This document shows positions 44,154-56,612 of a DNA stretch of 64,000 bases, piece after piece; position 1 is the stretch's first letter; every line of letters begins with the position of its first letter. This DNA is from Calditrichia bacterium. GTDB lineage: Bacteria > Calditrichota > Calditrichia > JAJRVZ01. Below the pieces are notes generated by a model. That model was not told the origin of the DNA. It was given only the letters and a program-made list of their open reading frames with translations, and searched no databases. Both the position numbers and the translations under genes were made by a program. The DNA is taken from NCBI GenBank assembly GCA_963796965.1, contig CAWCNS010000002.1, positions 128,001-192,000 on the forward strand. Direction: 5' to 3'.

Positions 44154-46364
44154 TTACATAATGAATAACATTTCTGAATATTTTGGTAATGGCCATAATG
44201 CGTCTGGAAGAATCTCCTCGAGTTCATCAGCAGGAATCCGTGCTTCTTCCAGTAAAGCAGTAATATTATCTGAAAAGAATTTTGCTTTTTGGGCCAGATC
44301 CTCAATCTTTTCAGATTCTTCCAATTTCTCTTCTAACGCCGAACAACCCTTTCGAAGTGCAACGAGTTTTTCACTGACAGATTTTAATAAGTTTATTTCG
44401 TCTGCCAGAGAATCTGTATGAATAACATCTGCCAATTCTTTTAGATGTTTCACGGTCTCAATTAGCTGGCTTTGATAGGTTATAGTTGTAGGAATTACTT
44501 TTGTATTGATTAAATTATTAAATGTTTGAGCCTCAATTTCCAGAGTGGTTACATATTGCTCAAGTTTTGTGTTATATCTGTTAATTATTTCTTCTTTTGT
44601 TTTGAAGATTCCTTTTGAGAGGAACAGGTTCATATTTTCCTCATCAACCAGAAAATCCAGGGCATAACCGGTTTTTTTAACATTTGGCAACCCTCTTTTT
44701 TCTGCTTCCTTTTCCCAATCCTCACTATAGTTATTACCCTCAAAACGAATTGGTTTTGTTTCATTAACATGTTTTTTAAGTACCTTTAAGATAACATCTT
44801 CAAGATCTGTACCCCCTTTTACTCCTTCCTCAATCTCAGAAATTAACACATCGATTGATTCCGCTACTGCTGCTGACAGAACAGTATTTGCCAGGGATAC
44901 TGATGCGGCTGAACCAATGGCACGAAATTCAAATTTTTCACCCGTAAAAGCAAAGGGTGAGGTACGGTTTCTGTCTGTATTATCCCGGAATATAGACGGA
45001 AGATTACTTAAACCAAGATCAATTACATAATCTTCAGCCTTTTTTGTTTTCCTACCCTCAGAGATATCATCCAAAATGGTACTTAGACGTTCTCCTAAAA
45101 ATATGGAAATAATTGCCGGCGGCGCCTCATTGGCCCCCAAGCGGTGATCATTCCCGGCAGAAGCTATTGTCATCCGCAGCAATCCACTATAATTATAAAC
45201 AGCCCGCAATACCGAGACAAGAAAAATCAAGAACTGTAAATTTTGCTCAGGTGTATCACCCGGATCGAGTAAATTATTTCCATCAGAATCTGACATGGAC
45301 CAGTTGTTATGTTTACCACTTCCATTAATACCGGCAAAGGGCTTTTCATGCAGTAATAAAGCCAAACCATGACGGTCGGCAACTTTTTTTAGAACTTCCA
45401 TAATCATCTGGTTGCGGTCGGCGCCTACATTCGCTTCAGCAAATATTGGCGCTATCTCGAACTGATGTGGTGCGACCTCATTATGTCTGGTTTTTGCCGG
45501 CACACCAAGTTTATATAATTCACTTTCCGCATCCTGCATAAAGGCCAGGACACGGGGTTTGATCGATCCAAAATAATGGTCATCTAGTTGTTGGCCTTTC
45601 GGTGGCTGAGCGCCCTGAAGTGTTCGTCCGGTTATTTGTAAATCTGGTCTTAAAAAGAGAAAACCTTTATCAATCAGAAAATATTCTTGCTCTGTCCCAA
45701 TAGTGGTAACAACACGGCTCGCAGAAGTATTTCCCAACAACCGTAAAACTTTCAAAGCAGATTTTGATATGGTTTTCATGGAACGTAGCAAGGGGGTTTT
45801 TTTATCCAGGGCCTCTCCCGTATAACTTATAAATACCGAAGGGATACATAATATACCGCCATTGGGACCTTCAACGATAAATGCCGGACTGGAAGGATCC
45901 CACATGGTATAACCACGGGCCTCAAAAGTGGTACGGGAACCACCACTTGGAAAAGAAGAAGCATCAGGTTCACCCTGGACCAATTTATCACCCTGAAAAC
46001 GTTCAATAACTTCACCATCCACCAATTCGAGAAAGGCGTCGTGCTTTTCTGCGGTTAGTCCTGTCTGAGGCTGAAACCAATGTGTAAAATGTGATACACG
46101 TTTGCTAATTGCCCACTCTTTCATAGCATGGGCGACGGTATTCGCTATGGTCATATCCAGTTTATCACCCTTTTTGATGGTATCTCTTAATTTTTTATAG
46201 GCATCTTTTGGAAGCCGCTCACGCATCACCTTATCATTAAAGGTATTGACGCCAAAACTATTAGTGCCATTATCAATCAGATCACTTGGTTCCACACCTC
46301 TTTCGAAGGCAATTTTTAACAGAACCTCCTGCCGTGGATTAGCACTTATTGAAGAGTTTGACAT
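44154..46364 (-). CDS. glnA: Glutamine synthetase type III
   Basis: HFTHWFQP, AEKHD, GEPDASSFP, HNEVAP, NGSGKH, GANEAPP, DRNRTSPFAFTG, WPLPKY; 736 aa. Confidence 0.95.
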   Translation of the reverse strand: MSNSSISANPRQEVLLKIAFERGVEPSDLIDNGTNSFGVNTFNDKVMRERLPKDAYKKLRDTIKKGDKLDMTIANTVAHAMKEWAISKRVSHFTHWFQPQTGLTAEKHDAFLELVDGEVIERFQGDKLVQGEPDASSFPSGGSRTTFEARGYTMWDPSSPAFIVEGPNGGILCIPSVFISYTGEALDKKTPLLRSMKTISKSALKVLRLLGNTSASRVVTTIGTEQEYFLIDKGFLFLRPDLQITGRTLQGAQPPKGQQLDDHYFGSIKPRVLAFMQDAESELYKLGVPAKTRHNEVAPHQFEIAPIFAEANVGADRNQMIMEVLKKVADRHGLALLLHEKPFAGINGSGKHNNWSMSDSDGNNLLDPGDTPEQNLQFLIFLVSVLRAVYNYSGLLRMTIASAGNDHRLGANEAPPAIISIFLGERLSTILDDISEGRKTKKAEDYVIDLGLSNLPSIFRDNTDRNRTSPFAFTGEKFEFRAIGSAASVSLANTVLSAAVAESIDVLISEIEEGVKGGTDLEDVILKVLKKHVNETKPIRFEGNNYSEDWEKEAEKRGLPNVKKTGYALDFLVDEENMNLFLSKGIFKTKEEIINRYNTKLEQYVTTLEIEAQTFNNLINTKVIPTTITYQSQLIETVKHLKELADVIHTDSLADEINLLKSVSEKLVALRKGCSALEEKLEESEKIEDLAQKAKFFSDNITALLEEARIPADELEEILPDALWPLPKYSEMLFIM

Positions 46365-46441
46365 AGTATTATTCCTTATCGTTTTATTTACAGTTATCTA
46401 ATTTTAAATTATTCATCTTATTTGAGACTAAGTTTGCTTTT

Positions 46442-47482
46442 TTACAACAACATTATATTGTTTTCTCTGCATTTATCGATCATCTCATTGGGCCAGATAC
46501 TGGCCTGAATCTCACCGATATGCGCTTTCCTTAGATAAAACATACATAAGCGTGATTGTCCTATACCCCCGCCTATTGAAAGTGGCAATTCACCACTCAG
46601 AAGCCGTTTATGAAAATATAAATCTTTACGATCCAGATTATCAGTCAGTTCAAGTTGCCTCATTAATGTTGTAGGATCGACCCGAATTCCCATCGAAGAA
46701 AGTTCATAGGCTCTTTCAAACAAAGGGTAATAAACCAGAATATCTCCATTTAATCCTCTACGATTATCTTCTGTTGGTGAAGACCAGTCATCATAATCCG
46801 GCGCCCGGCCATCATGCGGCTGTCCGGATCTTAAATCTCCTCCAATCCCAATAACAAATACAGCGCCATATTTTTTACAAACTTCAGTTTCTCTTTCTAC
46901 CGGTAACAAATCAGGATATTCGTTCTCGAGATCTTCGGCATGAATAAATGTAATTTCTTCCGGTAGTATAGGCTGGATGGCATTATATTCCTGGGCGATA
47001 AAAAGCTCTGTTCTCCTGATAACATCGTATATTTTCTTTATAATCTTTTTTAAAAACACCAGTTGTCGTTCCTGTTCAGATATTACTAATTCCCAATCCC
47101 ACTGATCCACATAGAGAGAATGTAAATTGTCCAGATCTTCATCTGCTCTGATAGCGTTCATATCTGTATACAATCCCTGTCCATGCCTGAATTGATAATC
47201 AGAAAGCATTAGCCTTTTCCACTTGGCCAATGAATGAACAATCTCAGCCTTGGCACTTTGCATTGATTTCACTTCAAATGATACGGGCCGCTCTACCCCG
47301 TTTAAATTATCATTAATACCTGTACCGGTTAGCACAAACATTGGAGCGGTTACCCGGGTTAGATTCAGCTCAAGAGATAAATTTACCTGAAAGAATTCTT
47401 TAATCTTGCGTATGGCCCGTTCTGTTTCATGCAGATTCTGCAAGGGCCGGTAATGTTTGGGAAATATCAACTGTGATGACAT
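46442..47482 (-). CDS. asnA: Aspartate-ammonia ligase
   Basis: HSLAKWKR, YVDQWDWE, RAPDYDDW, ELSSMGIR, GGGIGQSR; ATG at 47482 with GGAG RBS. Confidence 0.95.
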   Translation of the reverse strand: MSSQLIFPKHYRPLQNLHETERAIRKIKEFFQVNLSLELNLTRVTAPMFVLTGTGINDNLNGVERPVSFEVKSMQSAKAEIVHSLAKWKRLMLSDYQFRHGQGLYTDMNAIRADEDLDNLHSLYVDQWDWELVISEQERQLVFLKKIIKKIYDVIRRTELFIAQEYNAIQPILPEEITFIHAEDLENEYPDLLPVERETEVCKKYGAVFVIGIGGDLRSGQPHDGRAPDYDDWSSPTEDNRRGLNGDILVYYPLFERAYELSSMGIRVDPTTLMRQLELTDNLDRKDLYFHKRLLSGELPLSIGGGIGQSRLCMFYLRKAHIGEIQASIWPNEMIDKCRENNIMLL

Positions 47483-47551
47483 TGAAGCCACTCCGTATTC
47501 TAATTACTCAAAATTATCAACAAATAATACATTTTTAGACATATAAATACT

Positions 47552-47567
47552 TACAATCATCATGCCA
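47552..47567 (-). promoter_or_regulatory. Sigma54 (-24/-12) promoter of asnA-glnA
   Basis: Minus strand TGGCAT-GATGA-TTGTA; divergent gene is a sigma54 activator. Confidence 0.7.
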
Positions 47568-47940
47568 AACCAGGAGACAGGCCCCTAAGTCCTTAAAAAA
47601 CAACATCAAAGTCAAATTACACCTTTTATAACCCAGACTATTTTCCTACGTTAATGTAATATCCTTCAATTTAAACGACATTTTTGTATCGTATCGCATC
47701 GTGCCCGGCACATCCAAAGGGCAATGTCCCCAATATAGCAGTAAACAAGGGAAATAGCTCCATTAGCATGAGACTTCATGCGAAAATACCCTCATCCTCT
47801 TTACAGAGAACATTTAATTTTGTATATTTTTCCTTCATTTTTGTAGCACATATGGAATAGAAAACATTTTTGTAGTTCTTTAGGGGACCTGTATCCATAT
47901 TCATAAAATCTGTTTATATACATCTTCACAGGAGAGCCTG

Positions 47941-49503
47941 ATGCCAGAGAAAAAGGAAATTAAGAGGGAACAAAGTTCTGATTCAATTGCCCGAAAACTA
48001 TCATTGCTCGTAGAAATAAATCAGGTAACCAGCAGCACGCTTGATTTAAATGAATCTCTTGCGGCAACATTAAAAATTCTACGTAATTCCTATCATATAA
48101 AATCCGGTGCGATATTTATACTAAATGAGATAGATAATACTTTTCGGATGACGGCATCTATCGGTTACAAAGAAAGTACGGCAAAGGTTATTTACAAAGT
48201 CGGTGAGGGTCTCACTGGACGAATTGCTGAAACCGGTAAGCCTATTGTTGTCCCACAGGTGAGTAAAGAGCCACTGTACCTGAATCGTCTGAGTGCATGG
48301 GATCCGAAGCGTGATCGGGAGCAAACGTTTATTGGTGTCCCTATTATCTCCGAATACAAAACCTTAGGTGTGCTGGTTGTAAATCTACCTTTTAATCTTA
48401 AAAGAGAATATGATAGTGTGAAAAAGTTTTTTGTTCTGGTGGCCTCAGCTCTTTTACCACAAATCCGGTTACGGCGGGAACTTGATTTGGAGAGGCAAAG
48501 ATTGAGGAGCGAAAACGTACTCCTCAAACAAAAATTGCAGGAGGGACACAGCCTCAGAAACATTATTGGTAATAGTCATGTCATGCGTGAAGTTTATGAG
48601 ATGGTAATGCAGGTAGCCGGATCAAATACAACCGTCCTGATCCGCGGGGAATCCGGCACCGGAAAAGAGTTAATTGCCAAGTCTATTCATTACAATTCCC
48701 AACGAAATGAGCAGCAGGTTGTTACAGTAAATTGTGCCGCTATCCCTGAGAATCTTATAGAATCTGATTTTTTTGGTTATGAAAAAGGTGCTTTTACCGG
48801 GGCTGTAGCACGAAAAAAAGGGAGATTTGAGGTTGCTGACGGTGGTACTATATTTCTGGACGAAATTGGTGATTTGAGCCAGATGACCCAGGTTAAATTA
48901 TTAAGAGTATTACAGGAGCAGGAATTTGAACGTGTCGGTGGTACAGAAACATTGAAAGTTGATGTAAGGATTATCGCTGCAACAAATGCCGATCTGGAGA
49001 AGTTAATGAGAGAGGGTAATTTTAGAGAGGATTTGTATTATCGGTTAAATGTTTTTTCCATTTTACTTCCTCCTTTGCGTGAGCGTAAAACAGATATTTT
49101 ACTTCTGGCAGATCATTTTATGCTAAAATATGGGCGTCAGCTTGGCAAATCGATCCGTCGCATTTCCACACCTGCTATAGATATGTTAATGCGTTACCAC
49201 TGGCCGGGAAATGTACGGGAGTTGGAAAACTGCATTGAGCGGGCGGTATTAGTCTGCCAGGATCAGGTTATCCATAGTTACCACCTTCCCCCCACCCTCC
49301 AAACAGCAGAGAGCAGTGATACTGTCTCACATCAAACCCTGGATAACGCCTTATCAACCTATGAGAAGGAGTTAATTAACGATGCTTTGAAAACATCTAA
49401 GGGGAATCAGGCGAAAGCAGCGTTACTTTTGGGCACAACGGAAAGAATTATCGGTTACAAGATCAAAAAACATCATATAAATGTGGCCAGGTTTAAGGCG
49501 TGA
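47941..49503 (+). CDS. NifA-like sigma54 enhancer-binding protein (GAF-AAA+-HTH)
   Basis: GAF (GEGLTGRIA), [30 protein letters not shown]-terminal HTH. Confidence 0.92.
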   Translation: MPEKKEIKREQSSDSIARKLSLLVEINQVTSSTLDLNESLAATLKILRNSYHIKSGAIFILNEIDNTFRMTASIGYKESTAKVIYKVGEGLTGRIAETGKPIVVPQVSKEPLYLNRLSAWDPKRDREQTFIGVPIISEYKTLGVLVVNLPFNLKREYDSVKKFFVLVASALLPQIRLRRELDLERQRLRSENVLLKQKLQEGHSLRNIIGNSHVMREVYEMVMQVAGSNTTVLIRGESGTGKELIAKSIHYNSQRNEQQVVTVNCAAIPENLIESDFFGYEKGAFTGAVARKKGRFEVADGGTIFLDEIGDLSQMTQVKLLRVLQEQEFERVGGTETLKVDVRIIAATNADLEKLMREGNFREDLYYRLNVFSILLPPLRERKTDILLLADHFMLKYGRQLGKSIRRISTPAIDMLMRYHWPGNVRELENCIERAVLVCQDQVIHSYHLPPTLQTAESSDTVSHQTLDNALSTYEKELINDALKTSKGNQAKAALLLGTTERIIGYKIKKHHINVARFKA

Positions 49504-49570
<67 letters not shown>

Positions 49571-49734
49571 AAATTTGTGTCTTTGGGTCATGCTTGTCAA
49601 ATTTATTTTTGAGATTTGGGTGATCTGGCACATTAAGATACTTTTAGGCAAGCAACGTAATTTACAAAGCACCGAGAGCCCATTACCAAGAGCCGGGAAT
49701 CCGTCGTCGGAAATCGGGCATCCAGAATCGAGCA

Positions 49735-52584
49735 TCATTTCAGCAAAATAAGTTTCTTAGTTTGGATAAATCCTGCCTCTGTGCTTAATCTATAATAATA
49801 CACGCCACTGGCAAATCCCCCGGCGTTCCATTCTACCTGATGATGACCTGCCTGTTGATTTTCAGCAACTAATGTCTCTACCTTTTGTCCAATTAAATTG
49901 TAAATACTTAGTTCAACATAATTGGTAATCGGTAATTGGTAATTGATCTTTGTTTTCGGATTAAATGGGTTAGGGTAATTTTGAGCAAGATAAAACTGAC
50001 TAGGATTGAACCCCGGTTCTTCATCCCCAATAGCGGTAGGAATTATGCGCTCCCACATAGCCTTCGCTGAATCGGCATGGATCATCAAGTTAGTAGAATC
50101 ATCGGCCGCCAGCATAGCATAAGCAAGTCTTTTAACCGATTTCGCCGGAATTGAATAAGGACCATTCCCTATAACCAACGAAATATCGGCGGGACCCGCT
50201 GTCGTATAGGATACCCCTCCACTGATGGACTGCCATTTTTCCTCATCGGTAAATCCATCATAAAGCCCCCAGGGAGGATTATTGGGATGATTTTCATCAT
50301 TATAGATCGCTCTGAATGAGATCCCTCCATCACTAAGTGCCATAACACCGGCATACGTGTCCGGGCCATCACTGCTGTCATAAGCATATCCTAACCTTCG
50401 TGTGTCATCAAAATTAACCATATTTGTGCCAAAACTTCCGCCATCGATATCGTAGTCAAAGAACAAACCGAAATAATAATTATCCAGGCTTCCAGATCCC
50501 GTATTTACAATCGTATAAAGAAAAATTACATAATCCTGATTTCCAGAATCATTCCAGGCATAGGTTGCCTGTGTAATCTTCACAGGCAGGGGATTATCCG
50601 CCTCCCGATCATCAAAACCACCTTCGCTTTCCTGGTCACTTAACAGACCTGGTGTCAGAATTCTAATATCTCCATCAGGCACAACCTTAAAATCTTCATC
50701 ATATCCACCGGAATTATCTCTTGCTGCGTTTGAGAGTTTATTCGCACTTGTGCCAGTAAGAATGGCACCCTCAAACAACAGGTCTGCTCCACCGTTATAA
50801 ACAAATCCAACCCCCTGATCAACCTGATCAGGATCAGGATGGCCTACGCGACCAAGATTGGTTATAGTCACATCAATATTGTTAATATATAGATCGCCAA
50901 AAGCCGGAAGGACACTCAAAGTCACATAATCATAATCCCTGTATCCAGCTGTTTCAATATTCAATGTAAAAGTTACATAATGAGCACTGGGTGTATTTTC
51001 GGCCACTATAAAAACAAAGGGATCAGCGTCAACTGTATCCATTGTGCCGATCCCAGACATCGTGGTCTGAGATGTTTGTATGGTAATATATGGATCATTT
51101 GTAGAAAGTGATAGGACAATATTTGATGCAGGGGAGAGGAAGTTAACCAAAGACAAGTAGAGTTCTACCCTTTCCCCAGGCTCTATGATCTCATTCTGAT
51201 TCTCATCCTCATAGCGATCGTTCGCTATTCTTATTGAAGGGCCATTTTCAGTAAGCGCGCGGTAAATATTAAGTCTGCCCCGTCCCAGGTCAAATCCATA
51301 AGCAGGCAAGGAATCAGAAGTTACCCGCACCTGTTCAGCGGCCTGGATTCCTTCTAATTCTGGTCTTTGTGTTTTAACTAACCCGATTGCGCCGGCTACC
51401 ATGGGAGTTGCCATGGAGGTTCCGGATGAATAGCCATATTCATCCCCATGCCAGAGGCTGTAAACATCTACCGCAGGTGCGGCCATGTCAACGAACATAC
51501 CGTAGTTCGAAGCCCCATACTTATTATCATTAGCATCCGTACCTCCAATAGATAGAACATTATTATAAGAAGATGGAAAGTGAGGCAAGGGACTGTTATC
51601 ATTTCCAGCAGCAGCGATCACCACGGCACCCAGAGAAGTCGCATAGGCTATAACCTCTTCTTCAAATCTTGAGCCATTGCCTTGTCTTCCCCAACTACAA
51701 CTGATTATCTCAGCGCCATTTTCTGCCGCGTAAATTATGCCATCGTATCCCCAGACCAAGGATCCGTCATCATCGGGATGACTAACATTAATACCCATTA
51801 TTGTTGTGTTCCAACTGGTGCCAGCCACCCCGGTACGATTGTCGGTTACAGCGCTGGCAATACCTGCTGTATGGGTGCCATGGTCTTGATTGATTGGTGT
51901 TTGGTCAAAACCTGTTGGATCACCACTATTATTGGCAAAATTCCATCCAAACACATCGTCCACATAGCGATTGTTGTCATCATCGATATTATTATTGGGA
52001 ATCTCACCCTGATTCTGCCAAATATTATCCTGCAAATCAATATGTCGGATATCAGTTCCTCCATCAACAATGGCAATTATAACATTTTGATCTCCCGTGA
52101 TTATATCCCAGGCTTCCGGGGCATAAACAGCGTTGTAATTATCGCGTTGTCTAAAATAGAGAGAATCATTAGGCTCTCCTGATACATAATGTAGATATTT
52201 TGGTTCTGCATAAGCGACCATATCATAATCCGAGATCAACTCTGCCATTAAATGTGCGGAATGTTCACCATTATAAGAGGCGTAATAGATATTTCTTAAT
52301 CCCGTTGTCTGAGATCCTGTTTTCGATTTTCGCATAAACTTTCCAACCGGCATAAGTGAAACAATATCAAATTGTTGTATCATTTCGGTCACAGGATCAA
52401 AACCGTTTTTGTTTCCTTGGCCTAAAGGGTCTACCCCATCCTTAAACTTAATTACAATTAAATTGGGTACAACTTTCCCATCCGTATATTTCACTGATCC
52501 TGTTGAAAAAACAGGAGAACAGGCAAAAGATAAAATCAGAATTATAAGATTGAGTCGAGTTTTCATAGATCTGGATTTTCTCAT
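49735..52584 (-). CDS. Secreted S8 subtilisin-like protease with C-terminal sorting domain
   Basis: IVDGG, HGTHTAG, AAGN, GTSMATP catalytic motifs; QNYPNPFNP...GVYYYRL. Confidence 0.92.
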   Translation of the reverse strand: MRKSRSMKTRLNLIILILSFACSPVFSTGSVKYTDGKVVPNLIVIKFKDGVDPLGQGNKNGFDPVTEMIQQFDIVSLMPVGKFMRKSKTGSQTTGLRNIYYASYNGEHSAHLMAELISDYDMVAYAEPKYLHYVSGEPNDSLYFRQRDNYNAVYAPEAWDIITGDQNVIIAIVDGGTDIRHIDLQDNIWQNQGEIPNNNIDDDNNRYVDDVFGWNFANNSGDPTGFDQTPINQDHGTHTAGIASAVTDNRTGVAGTSWNTTIMGINVSHPDDDGSLVWGYDGIIYAAENGAEIISCSWGRQGNGSRFEEEVIAYATSLGAVVIAAAGNDNSPLPHFPSSYNNVLSIGGTDANDNKYGASNYGMFVDMAAPAVDVYSLWHGDEYGYSSGTSMATPMVAGAIGLVKTQRPELEGIQAAEQVRVTSDSLPAYGFDLGRGRLNIYRALTENGPSIRIANDRYEDENQNEIIEPGERVELYLSLVNFLSPASNIVLSLSTNDPYITIQTSQTTMSGIGTMDTVDADPFVFIVAENTPSAHYVTFTLNIETAGYRDYDYVTLSVLPAFGDLYINNIDVTITNLGRVGHPDPDQVDQGVGFVYNGGADLLFEGAILTGTSANKLSNAARDNSGGYDEDFKVVPDGDIRILTPGLLSDQESEGGFDDREADNPLPVKITQATYAWNDSGNQDYVIFLYTIVNTGSGSLDNYYFGLFFDYDIDGGSFGTNMVNFDDTRRLGYAYDSSDGPDTYAGVMALSDGGISFRAIYNDENHPNNPPWGLYDGFTDEEKWQSISGGVSYTTAGPADISLVIGNGPYSIPAKSVKRLAYAMLAADDSTNLMIHADSAKAMWERIIPTAIGDEEPGFNPSQFYLAQNYPNPFNPKTKINYQLPITNYVELSIYNLIGQKVETLVAENQQAGHHQVEWNAGGFASGVYYYRLSTEAGFIQTKKLILLK

Positions 52585-52891
52585 ATTTTTACTATCATAT
52601 TTCAGGTTTAACCATTTTTGTTAAATATACATATTTTAATAAAAAAGAATGTGACCGATCATACCAAACGTGTCTTAATCAAAAAAAAACTTATTCAACT
52701 ACCTCATCCCGGATTCAATTGGTAAATGTACATGATGAGTATTAAATTCTCCTACCTGCTCAGCAGGCAAAAATAATTTTTGGTGTGGCCGATCCTATAA
52801 ATAGATTTACCCCACATAGAGGTAAATGAATGTGACACGAAAAATATTTCATTAATTTCATCTTCTTTACAAAAAAGAACCAGGAGTCCCT

Positions 52892-54154
52892 GTGCTGATA
52901 GAAATTCTACTCATCGTAGCTGTAGTTTTACTTATACTCAACATCTGGTTAACCATCAAAAAATCAGGATCCGATATTTCACAGCTCCTTGTAGATATAA
53001 AAAATGCTATATCTCTATTTGATAACAATTTAGGTAAAACCGATAAGTCTATACGTGACGATTTTCAAAGAAACCGTGAGGAGAGCAATAAGACCGCCAA
53101 AGAAAACCGTGAAGAATTAACCAATACTCTAAAAACTTTCTCCACTACTTTCTCATCCAATGTAAAAGATTTTAATGAGACTACCGGAGAGAAATTAGAC
53201 AAGATCCGGTTAACGGTTGAATCAAAACTCAAAGATCTGCAGGAAGATAATAGTAAAAAATTAGAGAAGATGCGTGAAACTGTGGATGAAAAATTACATA
53301 AAACTCTGGAGCATCGTTTGGGAGAATCCTTTAAAATTGTCAGTGAGAGTCTTGAAAAAGTCCAGAAGGGTTTGGGTGAAATGCAAACGCTGGCTACGGG
53401 TGTTGGTGATTTAAAGAAAGTTCTCTCCAATGTTAAGACAAAGGGCGTGCTCGGTGAATATCAATTAGAAAATATACTTGAACAACTTCTAACAAATAAT
53501 CAATATGCCAAAAATGTAAAAACAAAGCCTGACAGTGATGCATTTGTGGAATTTGCCGTTCGTCTGCCAGGTAAGGATAATTCGGATAAAGAAGTTTGGT
53601 TACCGATAGATTCAAAATTTCCCACAGAGGATTACCTGACTCTGATGGATGCCCATGATAATGCAGATATCCCCTTGATTGACTCTTCGCGAAAAGAATT
53701 AGCCAGAAAGATTAAACTTTTTGCACAGGACATCAAGACCAAGTATATAGACCCACCCAATACAACCGATTTTGCGATTATGTTTTTGCCTGTGGAAGGA
53801 CTATACGCTGAAGTGTTGCGGGACAGTGCTCTGTTCGAAACACTTCAGCGGAAGTACCGGGTAATTGTAACAGGACCAACGACCCTCTCCGCCCTTTTAA
53901 GCAGCCTGCAAATGGGATTTCGGACCTTAGCTATCGAGAAACGCTCCAGTGAGGTCTGGGAGATTCTGGGAGCAGTAAAAACAGAATTTGGAAAATTTGG
54001 AGAGATTCTTGAAAGGACGAGAAAAAAACTGACCGAGGCCTCAAATGTGGTCGAAAGTGCCGGCCAACGATCCAGAGCTATTGAGCGCAAATTAAAAGAT
54101 GTGGAAGAACTACCTACCTCAAAATCCGTCAAATTGTTGGACACAGGGACCTGA
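52892..54154 (+). CDS. rmuC: DNA recombination protein RmuC
   Basis: N-terminal TM, coiled coil, GVLGE, PIDSKFP, KYIDPPNTTDFAIMFLP, GPTTL. Confidence 0.92.
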   Translation: MLIEILLIVAVVLLILNIWLTIKKSGSDISQLLVDIKNAISLFDNNLGKTDKSIRDDFQRNREESNKTAKENREELTNTLKTFSTTFSSNVKDFNETTGEKLDKIRLTVESKLKDLQEDNSKKLEKMRETVDEKLHKTLEHRLGESFKIVSESLEKVQKGLGEMQTLATGVGDLKKVLSNVKTKGVLGEYQLENILEQLLTNNQYAKNVKTKPDSDAFVEFAVRLPGKDNSDKEVWLPIDSKFPTEDYLTLMDAHDNADIPLIDSSRKELARKIKLFAQDIKTKYIDPPNTTDFAIMFLPVEGLYAEVLRDSALFETLQRKYRVIVTGPTTLSALLSSLQMGFRTLAIEKRSSEVWEILGAVKTEFGKFGEILERTRKKLTEASNVVESAGQRSRAIERKLKDVEELPTSKSVKLLDTGT

Positions 54155-54374
54155 GGATGAGGAAAATGATTGATCACCAAGGAGACCGGGGCACGGAAAA
54201 TGTTTAATACTGGACATTCGGTATCTTCGCCGGATGGTCTGACCGGATTATCGGATAGTTGTAAGTTTCAAAATTGGAGGCACATCTACCCTACGACGAA
54301 AATTTTAAGAAATTCACAATTTAAAATTATAATTGATTTTCGGTCTGCAGTCTCCTGATTCCGGTCTCTTACTT

Positions 54375-55881
54375 TTAGTTCCCCATTTTCTGCTGCAAAT
54401 GTTTTGGCACAAATATTTTTTCAAGCAACTCAAATAAAACTTCAACAAGAAGAGCTAAAATTGCCGCCGGGATTGCTCCTTGCAGGATCATGGAAGTGTT
54501 GTTCAGACTGAGTCCTGTAACGATAAACTCACCAAGTCCTCCAGCTCCGATAAAAGCAGCTAATGTTGCGGTACCAATTGAAATGACTGCTGCGGTCTTT
54601 ATTCCAGCAAAGATTGTAGGTGTTGAGAGTGGTATCTCCACATAACGTAAGCGCTGCCAGGGAGTTAATCCGATCCCCTTCGCTACTTTTTTCAAAAGAG
54701 GATCAATTGAAAAAAGTGCAATTGTTGTATTTCTCAGAATGGGTAAAAGCGCATAAAGGAAAAGAGCCACTATCGCCGGTAAAAAGCCAATACCAAATAG
54801 GGGAATCATGAGCGCTAGCAGGGCAATTGATGGAATCGTCTGCAACAATCCTGTAAAATAGAGGATAGGTTTAGCAGCTGCCTTAAAATGATAGACCAGC
54901 ATCCCTAGAGGGATGGCAATAAGCATGGCTGCAACCAGAGATAAAATGGTTAATTGAAGATGTATTATAGTTTTACTTAAAATCTCACTAAATATTGACG
55001 GATTATTCTTTTCTTCCTTTCCATTAAGCAATCCTATCGATTCCAAAAATGACCGAGCAACCTTTTGATAGGACTCCTCATAAAAAACCACCCGTGCATT
55101 TCAGCTCCTGCATTTTTTTCTCCGATAGTGAACCGGCCAGGTTTTCAAGTAATTTTTTTGCTTCTGGCAAAAGATCCATTTTATAAAGAGCAACCGCCTG
55201 ATAGTGTGGAAAAAACTCCTTATCATCTTCTAATACAAATAAATCATACCGATTTATTTCTCCATCGGTTGTATATATATCAATCAGATCTACTTCTCCC
55301 TCCTCTAATGCTTGATAAGAGAGGCCATGTTCAATACCTACAGGTTTTTGAGGTAACTGATAAAAAAGTGAAAGATTTTTCCAGCCATCTTCACGTTTTA
55401 AAAATTCATAGCTGAAAACAACTTTAAGAGTTGGATGATTTTTTAATTCTGATATTTTTTTTAACGATCTTTCATTGGCCGTTTTTTTGAGAATAGCAAA
55501 AGCATAGGTATTATTAAAACCAAACGGTGAGGAAATCTCCAATTCATAATTTTGCTGGAGTTCATCATTAAGTTCTGAAAGGGACAAGGTTCGGTTAGCT
55601 TTGAGGATTTGTTCTGAGATTGTCCCACTATACTCAGGATATATATCTATTTCACCGTTTTTCAATGCCCCAAAACAAATTAATGTTCCGCCAAGATTAT
55701 ACCTGCGCTCAACTTCGAATCCCCGTGTCTCAAAAAGTTGGGCTAATATCTCGGCAAGCAGATAACCCTCGTTAAAGTTCTTCGCACCAACCGTAATCGA
55801 TTGTGGCCGAGCTAAACCGACCCATGATAAGAGGAGGATTATTAATAAAACAGTAAACTTATAATATTTATTTATCATCAT
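54375..55881 (-). CDS. Osmoprotectant (glycine betaine/choline-type) ABC transporter, substrate-binding domain fused to permease; apparent 1-bp frameshift near 55100
   Basis: GAKNFNE, YPEYSGT, NNTYA, FFPHY (binding domain); QTIPSIAL, GAGGLG (permease). Removing one A gives MQELNARVVFYEE. Confidence 0.85.
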
Positions 55882-55883
55882 GA

Positions 55884-56612
55884 TTACTTCTGAACAAATT
55901 GTTTAACAAATGAATTTGCAGGATGGTTTTTTATCTTGTCCGGATCATCATATTGTTGCACCTGACCTTCGTGAAGAATTAATATTTTATCTGCTAGAAT
56001 AAATGCTTCCTCGACATCATGTGTTACCAGAATAATTGTTCTCGGCTTTGTTTTTTGAAGTTTTAATAACTCCCATTGAAGTTCCTTTCGTGTAGAAACA
56101 TCCAGGGCTCCAAAAGCTTCATCCAATAAAAATATAGGAGGATCCAATATCATTGCGCGACAAATACCGACACGCTGTTGTTCTCCCCCAGAGAGTTGAT
56201 GGGGATATTGGTGCTTATAGTTGAGATCAAGATCCACCATCTGCATCAACATTTCCACTCTTTTTTCTAAGTCCCCCATATCGAATGCACAAACTTTCAC
56301 CAGCAAAGCAATATTCTCATAAACCGTGAGATGGGGAAACAACCCTGTCCCCTGAACAGAATATCCGATTGAACGGCGCAGTGAAAAAATATTATCATAA
56401 TTTACAGATTCACCAAATATTTCTACGACCCCCTCCGATGGTCTTATCAGGCCGTTTATCATTTGCAACAATGTGGACTTACCGCTTCCACTCTTGCCCA
56501 AGATGACTGAAATCTTTTCATTATCAAAGGAAAGGTTTATATCTTTCAACACCCTTCTTTTCTCATAGGAGTGGCTTAGGTTTTTGAAAACAATGGGATT
56601 CATTCGGTACAC
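55884..56612 (-). CDS. ABC transporter ATP-binding subunit (OpuA/OsmV-like)
   Basis: GKSGSGKS, LSGGEQQR, LLDEAFGALD, VTHD. Confidence 0.9.
   Translation of the reverse strand: MYRMNPIVFKNLSHSYEKRRVLKDINLSFDNEKISVILGKSGSGKSTLLQMINGLIRPSEGVVEIFGESVNYDNIFSLRRSIGYSVQGTGLFPHLTVYENIALLVKVCAFDMGDLEKRVEMLMQMVDLDLNYKHQYPHQLSGGEQQRVGICRAMILDPPIFLLDEAFGALDVSTRKELQWELLKLQKTKPRTIILVTHDVEEAFILADKILILHEGQVQQYDDPDKIKNHPANSFVKQFVQK

Noticed and set aside
47941..49503. True nifA / nitrogen fixation
   Set aside because: No nif structural genes in the window; the context is asnA-glnA.
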